Assembly: GCF_000012925.1 (NCBI RefSeq)
Contig: NC_007517.1
Location: 960,001-992,000 of the forward strand
Length of the DNA: 32,000 nt
Origin: Geobacter metallireducens GS-15
GTDB taxonomy: Bacteria; Desulfobacterota; Desulfuromonadia; Geobacterales; Geobacteraceae
Direction of reading: 5' to 3'
The notes beneath the pieces were generated by a model, which was not told the origin of the DNA, did not search any database, and saw only the letters and a list, made by a program, of their open reading frames with translations. The position numbers and the translations under genes are program-made. Positions 18,332 through 27,065 of the stretch are shown in pieces (the stretch's first letter is position 1; the number at the start of each line of letters is the position of its first letter).

Positions 18332-19543
18332 CTATGGCTTTTCCCGCCGGATAAGGTCGTAGCGTTCCGCCGCTACGGGAAGACTCACGCGGATCCGCTG
18401 GTTCGGATGGGCCTCGGAGAGGCTGTTGCCATCCATGTCGGTGAACGCGTCGAGCCGGTGGAGGGTGGAGCGCATCCGCCGGCCGATGACCTCCACCGTG
18501 GTCCCTGCCACGATCCGGTTGCGGACTTCCACGGTAACGGTGCCGTCGGGGTGCGCCTCTTCCACCACGCCGACGAATTCGTGGCTGCGCCGGTAGCGGG
18601 AGTCGAATTCCAGGTCCACATCCACTGGTTTTCCCAGGAAGAAGCCGGTGGTGTACCCCCGGTGGCTGATCTTGGAGAGCTCTTCGAGCCACTCGGACTG
18701 CATGTGCCAGGCGCGAGGATCGGCGGCATAACTGTCCAGGGCCTCCCGGTAGACTCGCACCACCGAGGCCACGTAGTGGATTCCCTTCATGCGCCCCTCT
18801 ATTTTGAGGGAATCGGCGCCGGCCCCCACCAGTTCAGGGATATGGCGGATGAGGCAGAGATCCTTGGAGTTGAAGATGAAGGTCCCCCGCTCGTCCTCCA
18901 CCACGGGGAAGTACTCGCCCGGTCGGGTCTCTTCCACCAGGGCGTAGCTCCAGCGGCAGGGGTGGGCGCACTCCCCCTTGTTGGCGTTGCGGCCGGTCAT
19001 GACGCTGGAGAGGAGGCAGCGACCCGAGTAGGAGACGCAGAGGGCGCCGTGGACGAAGACTTCCAGTTCGGCCGTGACCCGCTCCCGGGTCTCGCGGATC
19101 GCATCCAGGGACATTTCCCGGGCCAGGTTCACCCGGGCGATCCCCTGCTTCTGCCAGAAGAGGACGCTGCGCCAGTTGGTGGTGTTGGCCTGGGTGGAAA
19201 GGTGGATGGGACGATCTGGCGATATGCGGCGGATGGCGGCGATCACCCCCGGGTCGGCGGCGATGTAAGCGTCGAAGGGGACTGTAGCAACCCCCTCCAG
19301 GTAGCGGTCCAGGTCCTCCAGTTCGCTGTTGTCGGGAAAGGCGTTGACCGTCAGGTAGACCTTTACCCCCCGGTCGTGGGCATAGGCAATCCCCTCGGCC
19401 ATGTGGGCCAGGGTGAAGTTGTCGGCGAGGCTGCGGAGCCCGAACTTCTCCCCTCCCAGGTAGACGGCGTCGGCGCCGTAGTGGATGGCCACCTTCAGCT
19501 TTTCCAGGTTGCCGGCCGGCGCGAGGAGCTCGGGAATCTTCAT
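18332..19543 (-). CDS. Peptidase U32 family protein
   Basis: PELLAPAGNLEKLKVAIHYGADAVYLGG..FGLR, ESLKIEGRMK and a Cys-containing motif (ECAHPCRW) are typical of the U32 family. The ATG at 19543 is preceded by AAGAGG. It lies 26 nt upstream of arnT on the same strand. Confidence 0.85.
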   Translation of the reverse strand: MKIPELLAPAGNLEKLKVAIHYGADAVYLGGEKFGLRSLADNFTLAHMAEGIAYAHDRGVKVYLTVNAFPDNSELEDLDRYLEGVATVPFDAYIAADPGVIAAIRRISPDRPIHLSTQANTTNWRSVLFWQKQGIARVNLAREMSLDAIRETRERVTAELEVFVHGALCVSYSGRCLLSSVMTGRNANKGECAHPCRWSYALVEETRPGEYFPVVEDERGTFIFNSKDLCLIRHIPELVGAGADSLKIEGRMKGIHYVASVVRVYREALDSYAADPRAWHMQSEWLEELSKISHRGYTTGFFLGKPVDVDLEFDSRYRRSHEFVGVVEEAHPDGTVTVEVRNRIVAGTTVEVIGRRMRSTLHRLDAFTDMDGNSLSEAHPNQRIRVSLPVAAERYDLIRREKP

Positions 19544-19687
19544 GGAAGGCCTCTTGGCATGATGCATGCTTTATTAGTGGGGTTCAATCAGTGGCGCGGG
19601 ATCATCCCGGAAACCAGATGGTGCTTTCGACCGCGGAAATCCTAGCATATCCGTCGGTTGAATGAAACCCCTGCGGCCTGTTTGTCC

Positions 19688-19716
19688 TTGACAAAAAACG
19701 TAACCTGAACTTTAGT
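19688..19716 (+). promoter_or_regulatory. Candidate sigma70 promoter for the LysM gene
   Basis: TTGACA (19688-19693), a 17-nt spacer, then TTTAGT (19711-19716), about 40 nt upstream of the ATG at 19757. Confidence 0.45.
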
Positions 19717-19756
19717 ATCCGAACGAATTTAGTTCGCGTCTGCACGGGAGGCGACC

Positions 19757-20758
19757 ATGAAAAGAGTGTTCTCTATCGGCTGCATGCTCCTCGCCGGAGC
19801 GCTTCTCACCGTCGGCACCGTCCGGGCCGCGTCCGAAGAGCCGACAATCTACGTCATCCAGAAGGGGGACACCCTCTGGGGGCTCTCGGACCGCTTCCTC
19901 AAGGATCCCTACTACTGGCCCAACCTCTGGGCCAGGAACCCCGCCATCGGCAATCCCCACTTTATCTATCCCGGCCAGCGGGTCCGCGTCTACCCGGACC
20001 GGATCGAGATCGAACCCCGCACTGTCTCCCCCGGCACCCCCGCTGTCCAGCGCCCCTCCGAGGAGCCGGTTGCCGAGCGGAGCTTCCTGGTAAGCGGCAG
20101 CGAAGGGTTCCTGATGGAAAAGGGGCTCAACCCCGCCGGCCGCATCATTACCACCAGCCAGAACCGCCAGATCGTGGGTGAGGACGACATTGTCTACACC
20201 GATATCGGCTCTGTCCACGGGGCCAAGGAGGGGGACCGGTTCTCCATCTACAAGAAGCTTGACGCCGTGAGCCATCCCGTCTCCAACGTGATTCTCGGCG
20301 AGAAGGTGATCCCCCTCGGCACGCTGCAGCTTACCGAGGTGGAGGAGAAGGTTTCCAAGGCCATCATTACCAAATCCTACCGGGAAATCGGTCCCGGCTC
20401 CATCCTCCTTCCCTATCGGGACAAGCGCCGGCAGATTTCCCTTAAGGCTGCCGACCACGACCTCTCTGGCTACATCGTCGAGACCCAGAGTGGCAACAAT
20501 GCAATCGGCGAGGGAGACATCGCCTTTATCGACTTGGGGAAAAAGCAGGGGATAGAGCCGGGATACTTCCTCTATATCCTGCGGGACGTGGTCCCCGACC
20601 AGCAGTATGCGGACATCTCCGTTGAGAAGCTCCCCCCCGAGGTGGTCGGTGCCCTCGTGGTGGTGCAGTCGGGGGAGAACACCTCCACGGGGCTTGTGGT
20701 GAAAAGCATCGACACCATCTACCGGGGGGACCGGGTAGAGGCCAGGACAAACAGATAA
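19757..20758 (+). CDS. Secreted LysM peptidoglycan-binding domain protein
   Basis: Signal peptide MKRVFSIGCMLLAGALLTVGTVRA. LysM motif YVIQKGDTLWGLSDRFL...NLWARNP...IYPGQRVRV. RBS is GGGAGG. Confidence 0.85.
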   Translation: MKRVFSIGCMLLAGALLTVGTVRAASEEPTIYVIQKGDTLWGLSDRFLKDPYYWPNLWARNPAIGNPHFIYPGQRVRVYPDRIEIEPRTVSPGTPAVQRPSEEPVAERSFLVSGSEGFLMEKGLNPAGRIITTSQNRQIVGEDDIVYTDIGSVHGAKEGDRFSIYKKLDAVSHPVSNVILGEKVIPLGTLQLTEVEEKVSKAIITKSYREIGPGSILLPYRDKRRQISLKAADHDLSGYIVETQSGNNAIGEGDIAFIDLGKKQGIEPGYFLYILRDVVPDQQYADISVEKLPPEVVGALVVVQSGENTSTGLVVKSIDTIYRGDRVEARTNR

Positions 20759-20768
20759 CCCCTTCTTT

Positions 20769-20795
20769 GCGGGGGCCGGTCCGGCCGGTCCCCGC
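20769..20795 (+). terminator. GC-rich hairpin with a T-rich tail between the LysM gene and dprA (possible partial terminator)
   Basis: GCGGGGGCCGG-TCCGG-CCGGTCCCCGC forms an 11-bp stem including one G-T pair. It is followed by TTCTCGTTCTT. Confidence 0.35.
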
Positions 20796-20810
20796 TTCTC
20801 GTTCTTGCCC

Positions 20811-21887
20811 ATGGATCATTATCACTGGTTTGCCCTCAAATCCGTCCCCCTCGTGGGGAACGTCCTCTTCCGGCGGCTCCTGGAGCGCTTCGGCTCCCCC
20901 GAGGCGGTCTTCGGAGCGTCCGATGTCGATCTCCGTTCCGTCAAGGGGGTGAGTCCGGCGGTGGTGGCCTCCCTCCGAAGCCATGACCCGCACCCCTTTG
21001 CCGACCGGGAGTGTGCGGCGGTCAGGCGCACGGGGTGCCGCATCGTAACCATCCTCGATGATGAGTATCCACCGCTCCTGCGGGAGATCGCCGACCCGCC
21101 CCCCTTCCTTTATGTGCGGGGAAGCCTCGCCGGTATCGGCACTTCCGTGGCGGTGGTGGGTTCCCGTCGGGCCTCTGCCTATGGCAGGACGGTGACCGAG
21201 CGCATGGCCGAGGAGCTTGCCCGGAACGGTGTCACCGTGATTTCCGGCCTGGCTCGCGGGGTCGACACCGCGGCCCACCGGGGAGCCCTGAAAGGGGATG
21301 GGACAACCGTCGGGGTGCTCGGGTGCGGCGTGGACGTGGTCTATCCGGCCGAGAACCGGCAGCTCTTCCGAGAGATGGCCGAACAGGGAGCGGTGGTGTC
21401 CGAGTTCCCCCTGGGGACCGCCCCCCTGGCCGAGAACTTCCCCCGTCGAAACCGGATCATCAGCGGCATCTCCCACGGGGTCCTCGTGGTGGAGGCGGCG
21501 GAGCGGAGCGGCTCCCTGGTCACGGCCCGCATCGCCCTCGACCAGGGGCGCGATGTCTACGCCATTCCCGGCAACATCACCAGCGACGGGAGCCGGGGGG
21601 CTAACCGCCTCATCCGCGAGGGGGCGAAGCTGGTGGAAAGCGTGGAGGATATCCTGGAAGAACTCCCCGGGGGAAGGGTGGCCCGCAGGGGAGTGCCGGC
21701 GCCGGCGCCCGACCTCCCGCCTGCCGAGGCGGCGGTCTTTGCGCTCCTGGCCCCTGAGCCGCTCCATATCGATGAGATCATTGCCAAAAGCGCGTTGACA
21801 GTGGGGGAGCTTTCGGCTATGTTGTTGCGCCTGGAACTCAAGGGGGCCGTAACTCAGCTTCCCGGCAAGTATTTTTGCACAAATTGA
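20811..21887 (+). CDS. dprA: DNA-processing protein DprA (Smf)
   Basis: VAVVGSRRASAYG, ISGLARGVDTAAH, AVLGCGVDVVYP, RNRIISG and a C-terminal winged-helix region (IDEIIAKS...). I prefer the ATG at 20811 over the TTG at 20805. Confidence 0.9.
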   Translation: MDHYHWFALKSVPLVGNVLFRRLLERFGSPEAVFGASDVDLRSVKGVSPAVVASLRSHDPHPFADRECAAVRRTGCRIVTILDDEYPPLLREIADPPPFLYVRGSLAGIGTSVAVVGSRRASAYGRTVTERMAEELARNGVTVISGLARGVDTAAHRGALKGDGTTVGVLGCGVDVVYPAENRQLFREMAEQGAVVSEFPLGTAPLAENFPRRNRIISGISHGVLVVEAAERSGSLVTARIALDQGRDVYAIPGNITSDGSRGANRLIREGAKLVESVEDILEELPGGRVARRGVPAPAPDLPPAEAAVFALLAPEPLHIDEIIAKSALTVGELSAMLLRLELKGAVTQLPGKYFCTN

Positions 21888-21934
21888 CCCGCCTGGCATG
21901 CCAGGCGTTACTTACCTATTATTGGATTTTTTTT

Positions 21935-24211
21935 ATGCCACAACACCTCGTCATCGTCGAATCTCCGGCCAAGGCCAAGACCATCGAGAAATTTCTCGGC
22001 AAGGACTTTCGGGTCATGGCTTCCTACGGCCACGTACGCGCCCTCCCCAGCAAGCAGGGGTCCGTGGATGTCGCCAACGATTTCGAACCCAAATATGCCA
22101 TTCTCCCCGAGAGCAAGCGGCACATCGACGCCATCAAGAAGGAGCTGAAGGAGAGCGACATCCTGCTCTTGGCCACTGACCCCGACCGCGAAGGGGAGGC
22201 GATCTCCTGGCACCTGCTGGCGGCCCTCGGCATGGACAAAAAGAAAAACGCCGTGCCGGTGAAGCGGGTCGTGTTCCACGAGATCACCAAGGACGCCATC
22301 GTCCACGCCGTGGAAAACCCCCGGGACATCTCCCTGGAGTTGGTGGACGCCCAGCAGGCCCGCTCCATCCTTGACTACCTGGTCGGCTTCAACCTCTCCC
22401 CTTTCCTCTGGAAAAAAATCCGCTACGGCCTCTCTGCCGGACGGGTCCAGTCCGTGGCCCTGCGGCTCATCTGCGAGCGGGAGAAGGAGATCAAGGCTTT
22501 CCAGGAACAGGAGTACTGGACCATCGGCGCGGAGCTGGGCACCGGCAAGGGGCAGAAGTTCTCCGCCAACCTAGTGGAGGCCGAGGGGAAGAAACTCGGC
22601 AAGTTCGATATCCCCGACGGCACGGCGGCCGACCGGCTCGTGAAGGCCCTGGAGAACGGTGCCTACACCGTCGACAAAGTGGCGAAGAGCGAGCGCAAAC
22701 GGACCCCAGCGCCGCCGTTCACCACCTCCACCCTCCAGCAGGAGGCGGCAAGAAAGCTCGGCTTCTCGGCCAAGAAGACCATGTCCACGGCCCAGAAGCT
22801 CTACGAAGGGGTCGCCGTGGGGGACGAGGGGCTTGTCGGTCTCATCACCTACATGCGTACCGACAGCGTGGTGCTGTCGAACCAGGCCCTCCAGGAGGCC
22901 CACGAGGTCATCACCTCCCTCTACGGGAAGGAGTACGCCCTCGCCAAGCCCCGCTTTTACAAGAACAAGGCGAAGAACGCCCAGGAGGCCCACGAGGCGG
23001 TCCGCCCCACCTCCATCGCCCGCACCCCGGTCGAGGTGAAGAAGTACCTCTCCTCCGACCAGTTCAAACTCTACGATCTCATCTGGAAGCGGACCGTGGC
23101 CTGCCAGATGGCCGAGGCGCTTCTGGATCAGACCTCTGTCGACATCGGCGCCGGCGAGGGCTATCGTTTCCGTGCCGCCGGCACCGTGATCCGCTTCCCC
23201 GGCTTCATGAAGCTCTACATCGAGGGAGTCGACGACCAGGCCGAGGAGAAGGAAGGGACTCTGCCTCCCCTCACGGAAGGGGAACTCCTGAAGCTCCAGA
23301 AGCTCGTTCCGGAGCAGCATTTCACCCAGCCCCCACCGCGGTACACCGAGGCGAGCCTCGTGAAGACCCTGGAGGAGTACGGTATTGGCCGTCCCTCCAC
23401 CTACGCCTCCATCATGAACACGCTCCTGGAGCGGAAATACGCCCGCCTCGACAGCAAGCGCTTCGTTCCCGAGGATGTGGGGATGGTGGTGAACGATCTC
23501 CTCACCAACCACTTCACCCAGTACGTGGATTACAATTTCACCGCCAGCCTCGAAGAGGAGTTGGACCGGGTCTCCCGGGGTGAGAAGCAGTGGAAGCCCC
23601 TCCTTCATGACTTCTGGGGCCCCTTTAGTTCCCTCCTGAAACAGAAAGAGGGGGAGGTGAGCAAGGCGGACCTCACCACCGAGGCCACCGACGAACTCTG
23701 CCCCGACTGCGGCAAGCCGCTGGTGGTGAAGCTTGGGAAGCGGGGGAAGTTCATCGCCTGCTCCGGCTACCAGGAAGGGTGCACCTATACCCGCAACATC
23801 GCCCAGGGGGAGCAGCAGGAGCCGGCAGAACCGGTCTTCTCCGAGGAGAAGTGCGACAAGTGCGGCAGCCCCATGCTCATCAAGGATGGCCGCTTCGGAA
23901 AGTACCTGGCCTGCTCCGCCTATCCCGCCTGCAAGAACATCCAGCCCCTCGTAAAGCCCAAGGGGACCGGCCACACGTGCCCCGAGTGCAAGGAAGGGGA
24001 GCTGACCGAGAAGAAGTCCCGCTACGGCAAGATGTTCTACTCCTGCAACCGCTACCCCCAGTGCAAGTTCGCCCTCTGGGATCCCCCCCAGCCGGGGCCG
24101 TGCCCCAAATGTGGCTTCCCGCTCCTGGTGAAAAAGGTCTACAAGCGGGAAGGGGAGTTCCTCAAGTGCCCGAAAGAGGGGTGTGACTACCGGACCGAAG
24201 GGAAGAAGTAG
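21935..24211 (+). CDS. topA: DNA topoisomerase I
   Basis: TOPRIM start LVIVESPAKAKTIEKFLG. DPDREGEAISWH. Active-site region LITYMRTDS. Four C-terminal CxxC...CxxC zinc ribbons. Start is the ATG at 21935. Confidence 0.95.
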   Translation: MPQHLVIVESPAKAKTIEKFLGKDFRVMASYGHVRALPSKQGSVDVANDFEPKYAILPESKRHIDAIKKELKESDILLLATDPDREGEAISWHLLAALGMDKKKNAVPVKRVVFHEITKDAIVHAVENPRDISLELVDAQQARSILDYLVGFNLSPFLWKKIRYGLSAGRVQSVALRLICEREKEIKAFQEQEYWTIGAELGTGKGQKFSANLVEAEGKKLGKFDIPDGTAADRLVKALENGAYTVDKVAKSERKRTPAPPFTTSTLQQEAARKLGFSAKKTMSTAQKLYEGVAVGDEGLVGLITYMRTDSVVLSNQALQEAHEVITSLYGKEYALAKPRFYKNKAKNAQEAHEAVRPTSIARTPVEVKKYLSSDQFKLYDLIWKRTVACQMAEALLDQTSVDIGAGEGYRFRAAGTVIRFPGFMKLYIEGVDDQAEEKEGTLPPLTEGELLKLQKLVPEQHFTQPPPRYTEASLVKTLEEYGIGRPSTYASIMNTLLERKYARLDSKRFVPEDVGMVVNDLLTNHFTQYVDYNFTASLEEELDRVSRGEKQWKPLLHDFWGPFSSLLKQKEGEVSKADLTTEATDELCPDCGKPLVVKLGKRGKFIACSGYQEGCTYTRNIAQGEQQEPAEPVFSEEKCDKCGSPMLIKDGRFGKYLACSAYPACKNIQPLVKPKGTGHTCPECKEGELTEKKSRYGKMFYSCNRYPQCKFALWDPPQPGPCPKCGFPLLVKKVYKREGEFLKCPKEGCDYRTEGKK

Positions 24212-24226
24212 CCGAGAGACTGACCG

Positions 24227-24251
24227 GGCGGGGAGCGATCCCCGCCTTTTT
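24227..24251 (+). terminator. Rho-independent terminator of topA
   Basis: GGCGGGG (24227-24233), loop AGCGAT, CCCCGCC (24240-24246), then TTTTT (24247-24251). It lies 16 nt after the topA stop. Confidence 0.7.
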
Positions 24252-24279
24252 AGCATGAAGCGGCAGTTTCAGTTTGAAT

Positions 24280-24398
24280 AACACAGAGCAACTGAGCAAC
24301 TGAGAAAACCCGCAAAACCTTTAACAGTTATTGCAGAGAGGTTCTCACAAGTTAAGGCAAAAAGAATTTCTTGCTCTGTTGCTCAGTTGCTCTGTGTT
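24280..24398. repeat. Composite palindromic element, copy 1: inverted arms made of tandem 8-mers
   Basis: 24280-24300 (AACACAGAGCAACTGAGCAAC) is the exact reverse complement of 24378-24398. Imperfect pairing (5 of 7) extends to 24307 and 24371. The arm is CACAGAG followed by CAACTGAG x2. The core between the arms is lower in GC. Confidence 0.8.
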
Positions 24399-24427
24399 TC
24401 GGATGTTTTTTCACGATGAAGGAATCA

Positions 24428-24838
24428 ATGATGCCTAACGACATGCACGAAGCCTGCGAACAGTGCCGCTTCGCCTACGCGCGGATCGATACCGAGTGCT
24501 GGGGCGAGCAGGGGGCCCGCCGGGTTATGTGCCCCATCTGCGGCTGGACCAAGTACGAGGAACACTCGTGGGGCTCCGGGACGGCCACCCTTACCAAGCG
24601 GAGCGTCAAACGGGGCCATGGCGCCTACCGCCTGATCCCTCCCGGCGGGTTCTCGGGCTACAACGCCTTCCACGAACCGCCGACGCCGGAGGTGGTGCGG
24701 CACATTCAGGCACTCCTGGACCGGGGCTGGAAAGGGTACCTCACCATCTGGGACGAGGAGCGGGCCAAGGCGCGGCTCGTGGCGGGGCATCCGCTGCAGC
24801 GCTACGAAATACCCGACGAGGAGGGGAACGCCCAGTGA
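24428..24838 (+). CDS. Hypothetical zinc-ribbon protein (about 136 aa) translationally coupled to trmFO
   Basis: CEQC...CPIC four-Cys pattern near the N-terminus with genome-typical codon bias. The ATG at 24428 is preceded by GAAGGA, and an alternative ATG lies at 24416. Its stop overlaps the trmFO GTG start as GTGA. The track ORF start at 24371 lies inside the repeat arm and is rejected. Confidence 0.6.
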
Positions 24839-26139
24839 CGGATGCTATTACCATCATCGGCGGAGGGCTCGCCGGATGCGAGGCTGTCTGGCAGGCGGCG
24901 GAGCGCGGGGTGCGGGTCACGCTCCACGAGATGAAGCCCCATGCCTTTTCGCCGGCACACCACCTGGCGGGGCTCGCGGAACTCGTCTGCTCCAACTCGC
25001 TCCGGGGAGAGTCCCTGGAGAATGCCGTGGGGCTCCTCAAGGAGGAACTGCGGCGGGCCGGCTCCCTCATCATGGCAGCGGCCGACGCCACCCGCGTGCC
25101 GGCCGGCGGAGCCCTGGCGGTGGACCGTGAGCTCTTCTCCGCCTTTGTCACCGAGAGAATCGAGAACCATCCCCTTGTCGACCTCATGCGGGGAGAGGTG
25201 GCGGATATTCCTTCCGAGGATATCGTGATTGTGGCTACGGGCCCCCTCACGAGCGACGGGCTGGCCGAAAGAATCAGGGCGATCACCGGGCCGAACCTCT
25301 ACTTCTACGATGCCATCGCGCCCATCGTGACCGCCGAATCCCTCGATATGACCAAGGTGTTCCGGGCCTCTCGCTACGGCAAGGGGGACGGCGACGACTA
25401 CCTGAACTGTCCCTTGAACCAGGAAGAGTATGAGGGGTTCGTGGACGCGATCCTTGCCGCCGAGAAAGTGCCTGCCAGGGATTTTGAAAAAGTGGTACAC
25501 TTCGAAGGGTGCATGCCGGTTGAAGAAATGGCCGAGCGGGGTCGTGAGACCCTCCGCTTCGGCCCCCTGAAGCCCGTGGGGCTCGCGGATCCCCGCACCG
25601 GGGAGGAGCCCCATGCCGTGGTGCAGCTCAGGGCCGAGAACCGTGAAGGGACCATGTTCAACCTGGTGGGCTTCCAGACCAAGCTCACCTATCCGGAGCA
25701 GCGGAGGATCTTCAGGATGATCCCCGGCCTGGAGAACGCCGAGTTCGTCCGGCTCGGTTCCATGCACCGCAACACCTTCATCAACGCGCCAGCCCTCCTG
25801 GCCCCCACGTTCCAGCTGAAGGGGGATGCCCGTATTCTCTTTGCCGGCCAGATCACCGGGGTCGAGGGATATGTGGAGTCGGCGGGGAGCGGTTTCCTGG
25901 CCGGCGTCAACGCTGCCCGGCTCGTCCGGGGAGAGGAGCCGGTGGTGCCGCCGCTGGCCACTGCCCTCGGCGCCCTGGTGACCCACATCACCAACGCTGA
26001 CGTGAAGCACTTCCAGCCCATGAACGTCAACTACGGGCTCTTCCCTCCCCTGGAGGGGAAGGTGAAGAAGAAGGAGCGGCGGGGGAAGCTTGCGGAGCGG
26101 GCACTGGCTGAGCTGGACCGTTGGATAGGAACAGTGTAG
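24835..26139 (+). CDS. trmFO: Methylenetetrahydrofolate--tRNA-(uracil-5-)-methyltransferase TrmFO (Gid)
   Basis: FAD-binding start [44 protein letters not shown] and [14 protein letters not shown] start at 24835 gives 434 aa. Confidence 0.92.
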
Positions 26140-26191
26140 GGGCGCTGCTTGCCGCGCCCGCATCGAAAATGGGCGCGGCAAGCAGCGCCCC
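26139..26191 (+). repeat. Perfect 21-bp inverted repeat (hairpin) at the trmFO 3' end
   Basis: 26139-26159 (GGGGCGCTGCTTGCCGCGCCC) is the exact reverse complement of 26171-26191, with an 11-nt loop. A26138 and T26192 extend the stem, so the TAG stop (26137-26139) is inside it. No T tract follows. Confidence 0.85.
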
Positions 26192-26203
26192 TGCGAGGAA
26201 CCC

Positions 26204-26497
26204 ATGGACGACAAGGAAAAACAGGAAATATCCCTCATCGGCAGGATCCTCTCCATGGAGGCGCTTCTGATCCTCATGGGGATCGCTTCCCTTGGCTATG
26301 GCATAGCAAGAGCCCAGGTCATGAGCATCTTCTGGGGGGTGATGATTCTGGTGGGGGCAGTGGTCCTCTCCTTTGTGCGAAAGAAGGATTGGAAGAAGCA
26401 CTGGGAGGAGATGGAGGGGGCGCAGCGCCGCTACGAGGCCCGGATGAAGGCCCAGGAAGAGCAGCCGAAGGAGCATGACGATGCCGGAAAACAGTAG
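26204..26497 (+). CDS. Small membrane protein (97 aa, two predicted transmembrane helices, charged C-terminal tail)
   Basis: Hydrophobic segments LLILMGIASLGYGIA and IFWGVMILVGAVVLSFV are followed by a Lys/Glu-rich tail. RBS GAGGAA precedes the ATG. Confidence 0.6.
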   Translation: MDDKEKQEISLIGRILSMEALLILMGIASLGYGIARAQVMSIFWGVMILVGAVVLSFVRKKDWKKHWEEMEGAQRRYEARMKAQEEQPKEHDDAGKQ

Positions 26498-27059
26498 AAT
26501 CGTTCTCGCGTCGGCATCGCCCCGGCGGCTGGAGCTTCTGGCTTCGGCAGGCATTGAGTTCGACGTCTTTGCCAGCGATATCCCTGAGGAGCCCATTCCG
26601 GGCGAGGCCCCGGCCGACTTCTCAGTTCGCCTGGCAAAGGACAAGGCCGTGGCAACCGCCGCCCGGTCGGAGGGACGCTGGTTCATCGGCGCCGACACCA
26701 TCGTGGTCTGCGACGGCGAGATCATGGGAAAACCCGCGGACGGGGCCGATGCCGTGCGAATGCTGAAAAAGCTCTCCGGAGTCCCCCATGAGGTCATCAC
26801 CGGCTATGCGATCTATGACAAGGCGCGGGACGGCATCCTCTGCAAGGCGGTGGTGACCAAGGTCTTTTTCAAGCCGTTGCGGGACGAGGAAATTACCGCC
26901 TACGTGGCCACCGGCTGCCCCATGGACAAGGCCGGCGCCTACGCCATTCAGGGTGGAGCCGCCTGTATGGTGGAGCGGATCGACGGCTCCTACACCAACG
27001 TGGTGGGGCTCCCCCTCTGCGAGGTGGTGGAGGATCTTCGTACCATGGGGGCTCTGTAA
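26481..27059 (+). CDS. maf: Maf-like nucleoside triphosphate pyrophosphatase
   Basis: IVLASASPRRLELL, GADTIVV, GKP, DKAGAYAIQG and VVGLP. The ATG at 26481 is 7 nt after AAGGAG; an alternative ATG lies at 26475. Confidence 0.9.
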   Translation: MPENSRIVLASASPRRLELLASAGIEFDVFASDIPEEPIPGEAPADFSVRLAKDKAVATAARSEGRWFIGADTIVVCDGEIMGKPADGADAVRMLKKLSGVPHEVITGYAIYDKARDGILCKAVVTKVFFKPLRDEEITAYVATGCPMDKAGAYAIQGGAACMVERIDGSYTNVVGLPLCEVVEDLRTMGAL

Positions 27060-27065
27060 AGCGTC

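Noticed and set aside
19559-19587. A possible sigma70 promoter for the U32/arn operon on the minus strand (TTGAAC-17-CATCAT).
   Set aside because: It would start transcription only about 9 nt before the preferred ATG (19543), downstream of its RBS, so it is inconsistent with the chosen gene start. No better promoter was found by eye.
19575-19650. The GGTTCAATC motif, which resembles a tRNA T-arm, in the U32/LysM intergenic region.
   Set aside because: The flanking sequence cannot be folded into an acceptor stem with D and anticodon arms, so there is no cloverleaf.
24280-24398. Whether the tandem units in the arms of the two palindromic elements (also 28807-28952) are a CRISPR array or mini-array.
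   Set aside because: There are only 2-3 contiguous 8-9-nt units with no spacers, arranged as inverted arms. No cas genes are nearby.
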